DNA of 64,000 nt from contig CBDANS010000006.1 of assembly GCA_965197745.1 (NCBI GenBank), positions 928,001-992,000 of the forward strand, read 5' to 3'. The DNA comes from Opitutales bacterium. GTDB taxonomy: Bacteria; Verrucomicrobiota; Verrucomicrobiia; Opitutales; PNEW01. This document shows, in pieces, positions 61,641 through 64,000 of the stretch. Both the position numbers and the translations under genes were made by a program. The notes under the pieces were generated by a model. It was not told where the DNA came from. It saw only the letters and a list, made by a program, of their open reading frames with translations, and did not search any database. The stretch's first letter is position 1. Each line of letters opens with the position of its first letter.

Positions 61641-62738
61641 AGCGAAGCGGCATTGCTTCGATTGGAAAGGTTGCTCTTGAGTCCAGTTAATCGGTGTTTC
61701 ACGTCGTTGAAGGATATATGACGTTCCCGTTTCAATAATAACCGAACCCGATAGATTGAGATTACTGTCTACCCACCCGCCAGCCGATGGCGCATAATGA
61801 TAACTTTCAAATGATCCGTCACGGAAAAGAATCGAGATCCTATCAGCGAGATCGATGACATCGTTCTGCCTAATCCCGGTATTCTCATCGCCCGTAAATA
61901 AGCCGGAATCATTAAGCGTGTAATCAACAGGATAAGTATTAGCGATAAGATTAAATCCCGGCTCAAACGGAATGGAAGTGGGGCCGTTTTTTACGATGCC
62001 GAAAAGATTCACAGAGAGATCGGTATTTATGACCCGATGAATAATGATGCCCTGATCAGGATATAGAATCACGTCTCCACTGGGAATTCCCATTTCATCT
62101 ATCCATCCCGTATCGGATGAGTAGGAATGGTAGTGGGATTCTTGAGTGATCGGATAATATAATTGAATGGTATCGCCCGGTGACGTGGCATCATTCTCGA
62201 CCAGACCTATCTCGTTATTAGAGCCAAATAGTGATGCAATTGTGTGATGCCTGCGAATACGGATACCGTCTCCAATGGCAATCAGCGTCGATACATCCTG
62301 GTTTAGGATAACGGAGTTTGATGAGGACTCAACAATATCAACTATCAGTCCTGGATTGAGGCTTGTAATATCAGTGCCATTTACAACTTCGATAAAATGA
62401 TGGTGGTTAAATTGATTATTTAAAAAAGGGTTACCAGAAAATATTATTTCCGTAACTTGAACAAGATCATCTTCTTCTCCTAAGGCAATCAGGTCTATAC
62501 GCGTGATAATACTTTGAAATTCGACTTCATTGTAAAGCCCCAGCCCGATTAAATTGAATGCCGCAAATGCGTCTTCATTGCCATTTATCTTTAAAGTGAT
62601 AAATCCCAGAGATTCCGTGCAGGCGCTATTTGTATCACCGGTATTGCCAATGGACGTCAGGGTTGTGCAAAACAGGCAGAACACTAATTCCACCCATTGA
62701 AAAAATTTAAAGCGAATTCTCAGCGTGCAATTGAACAT
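61500..62738 (-). CDS. TIGR02597-like (Verrucomicrobia) exported protein
   Basis: T.SLGFITLKING, RRHHTIASLFG, ILYPDQGIIIHR, GFNLIANTYP and WTQEQPF motifs; the last about 54 codons overlap dsbD. Confidence 0.65.
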   Translation of the reverse strand: MFNCTLRIRFKFFQWVELVFCLFCTTLTSIGNTGDTNSACTESLGFITLKINGNEDAFAAFNLIGLGLYNEVEFQSIITRIDLIALGEEDDLVQVTEIIFSGNPFLNNQFNHHHFIEVVNGTDITSLNPGLIVDIVESSSNSVILNQDVSTLIAIGDGIRIRRHHTIASLFGSNNEIGLVENDATSPGDTIQLYYPITQESHYHSYSSDTGWIDEMGIPSGDVILYPDQGIIIHRVINTDLSVNLFGIVKNGPTSIPFEPGFNLIANTYPVDYTLNDSGLFTGDENTGIRQNDVIDLADRISILFRDGSFESYHYAPSAGGWVDSNLNLSGSVIIETGTSYILQRRETPINWTQEQPFQSKQCRFALKPVESIEDNPGSKQFREDNRVAMIRIINKVKGDRRTAKSRQRICD

Positions 62739-62920
62739 TTGTTTCAGATTATTTTCGGTATCTGCAAACCGTAAACGGTTCGAAACATAATTAGGTAATA
62801 GCTATAATTAAGTAAGCTTAAAATTCGTCCGGTTCCCCGATCCTAAATCAAACAAAAAATTGAGAAGATTTAATTTATAACGATCTTATCACCATCGCAA
62901 TGATAATACTCCTAATACGA

Positions 62921-62991
62921 GGCCACGACGGAGCGTGGCCCTCCAGCTGGAATTATTTAATAATCTGGAGGGACGCACTCCGTTGCGTCCG
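62921..62991. repeat. REP family A pair (empty copies)
   Basis: ggccacgacggagcgtggccctcca and tggagggacgcactccgttgcgtccg, identical to the copies at 44198 and 44258. Confidence 0.9.
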
Positions 62992-63116
62992 CCATTATTA
63001 TGAACCGAGTGTTCAGGTAGCGCCTTGCAACATGAAAGCTGCAGCCTTGGCAACGGCTGAAGGTTACTTCTATAATGTGCCGATCTAAGTGACTAACAAT
63101 TCGCGTCCGACATTAA

Positions 63117-63176
63117 CCTGGAATGGAAAATGTCGCTGCGCTCGGTAGCTGCGTCTCGTTGCTTCTCGCAATGACA
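63117..63176 (-). repeat. REP family C arm with 23-bp insert
   Basis: Reverse complement tgtcattgcgagaag...gcag[ctaccgagcgcagcgacattttc]cattccagg. Confidence 0.8.
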
Positions 63177-63243
63177 AGTAAAAATTATTCTTTGTGTCTC
63201 TTGTGCTTTTTGTGGCTATAAATAATCCGCAATCGAATAGTGT

Positions 63244-63594
63244 CTATATTTTGATTCCCGTTTTATTAAGAAAAAAGACCATCGCAAAATAAATCAGAAT
63301 CATGAACAGGGTCGAGATTCCTAGACTCATATAGAAGTTCACTGCCTTCTTCAGGAAATAGGGGAGGAAAAGGAAAAGTGATAATGAGGGGATGACCAGC
63401 CAGAAAATACCAGTGGCAAGACTTGCTACTTTTTCAGTACTTGCGGTATCGACGTAAAGCCAGATCATGGCCAGGAATGAGGTCAAAGGAAGCGAGGCGA
63501 GCAAGCTCCCCATAAGGGTGCTTCTTTTTGCCACCTCGGATATGAGCACCACCAGAATAGTGGTAATTATGATCTTGGTAATGTAATAAGCCAT
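63244..63594 (-). CDS. Small membrane protein, DUF3147-like
   Basis: ISEVAKRS..GSLLASLPLTS.LAMIWL..IFWLVIPSL motifs; four hydrophobic segments. Confidence 0.75.
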   Translation of the reverse strand: MAYYITKIIITTILVVLISEVAKRSTLMGSLLASLPLTSFLAMIWLYVDTASTEKVASLATGIFWLVIPSLSLFLFLPYFLKKAVNFYMSLGISTLFMILIYFAMVFFLNKTGIKI

Positions 63595-63747
63595 AGCACT
63601 TATAGGTAATGTGGTTTAAGTGAAGTAAGAAAAAGGGTATTATTTTATCAATCCTCTTCTCCCTCGAAGATAGGATAAGACAACTTCAGATCTGACCGCG
63701 AGACTTGGTTTATTTCTATATTAATTTGCAACCCCTGGAGTCGCCCA

Positions 63748-64000
63748 TCAGTCTACCTGCGGTTGATTGCTTTCCGCGATCACTTTTTGCACCAAGTCGC
63801 GCTGCAGTTCTTCGTAGTGACTGAATTCCTCTGCATGAATGCCACGTCCGCCAGTGAGTGAGCGAAGCGTAGTCGAATAACGGTATAATTCCATTTGTGG
63901 CACTTGCGCTATAATTATCTGGTAATTCCCTTTAGTATCCATGCCAAGAATTTTACCGCGTCGACTGGAGATATCGCCCATCACGTCGCCCATACATTCA
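63748..64000 (-). CDS. fusA: Elongation factor G (possibly a second EF-G paralogue), C-terminal domain V; partial
   Basis: MGDVMGDISSRRGKILG, AQVPQMELYRYSTTLRSLTGGRG and FSHYE motifs. Confidence 0.85.
   Translation of the reverse strand, partial: ECMGDVMGDISSRRGKILGMDTKGNYQIIIAQVPQMELYRYSTTLRSLTGGRGIHAEEFSHYEELQRDLVQKVIAESNQPQVD

Overview
A gene-dense 64-kb bacterial chromosomal segment, most likely Verrucomicrobiota/Opitutales. That assignment is inferred from a TIGR02597-like protein and an Opitutus-type C-terminal domain on a large Ig-repeat surface protein. Left to right: (1) an ABC-less type-I-secretion-like module: a GAF+HlyD adaptor running off the left edge (missed by the ORF track), a tandem methyltransferase-like protein, TolC, a PqqD-like/M50-peptidase/HlyD fusion and a LuxR regulator; (2) about 28 kb of catabolic genes without any kinase (aldolase, dehydrogenases, GalB- and LigC-like enzymes, lactonases, dehydratase, SSS transporter, M81 peptidase, FG-GAP protein, divergent GH67-like protein, acetoin-dehydrogenase-like E1/E2), interrupted by a Rickettsia-PKMT-like methyltransferase; (3) Fur-like, LysM, tRNA-Pro(TGG), HD protein and a receiver domain; (4) a decaying TPR-TPR-ExbB operon; (5) an inactivated IS3-family element with intact ends and a 4-bp TGAG duplication; (6) a frameshifted Ig/DUF4214-like surface protein; (7) a TetR-RND efflux operon with a perfect operator palindrome, DsbD, TIGR02597-like, DUF3147-like and the 3' end of EF-G. 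Intergenic DNA carries at least five REP-like repeat families. The most unusual signal is two families of 23-48-bp mini-elements that insert site-specifically without target duplication, nest inside REPs and inside each other, and have hit the IS3 transposase twice. No CRISPR array or rRNA was seen. All family assignments come from motif recognition by eye, not database searches.
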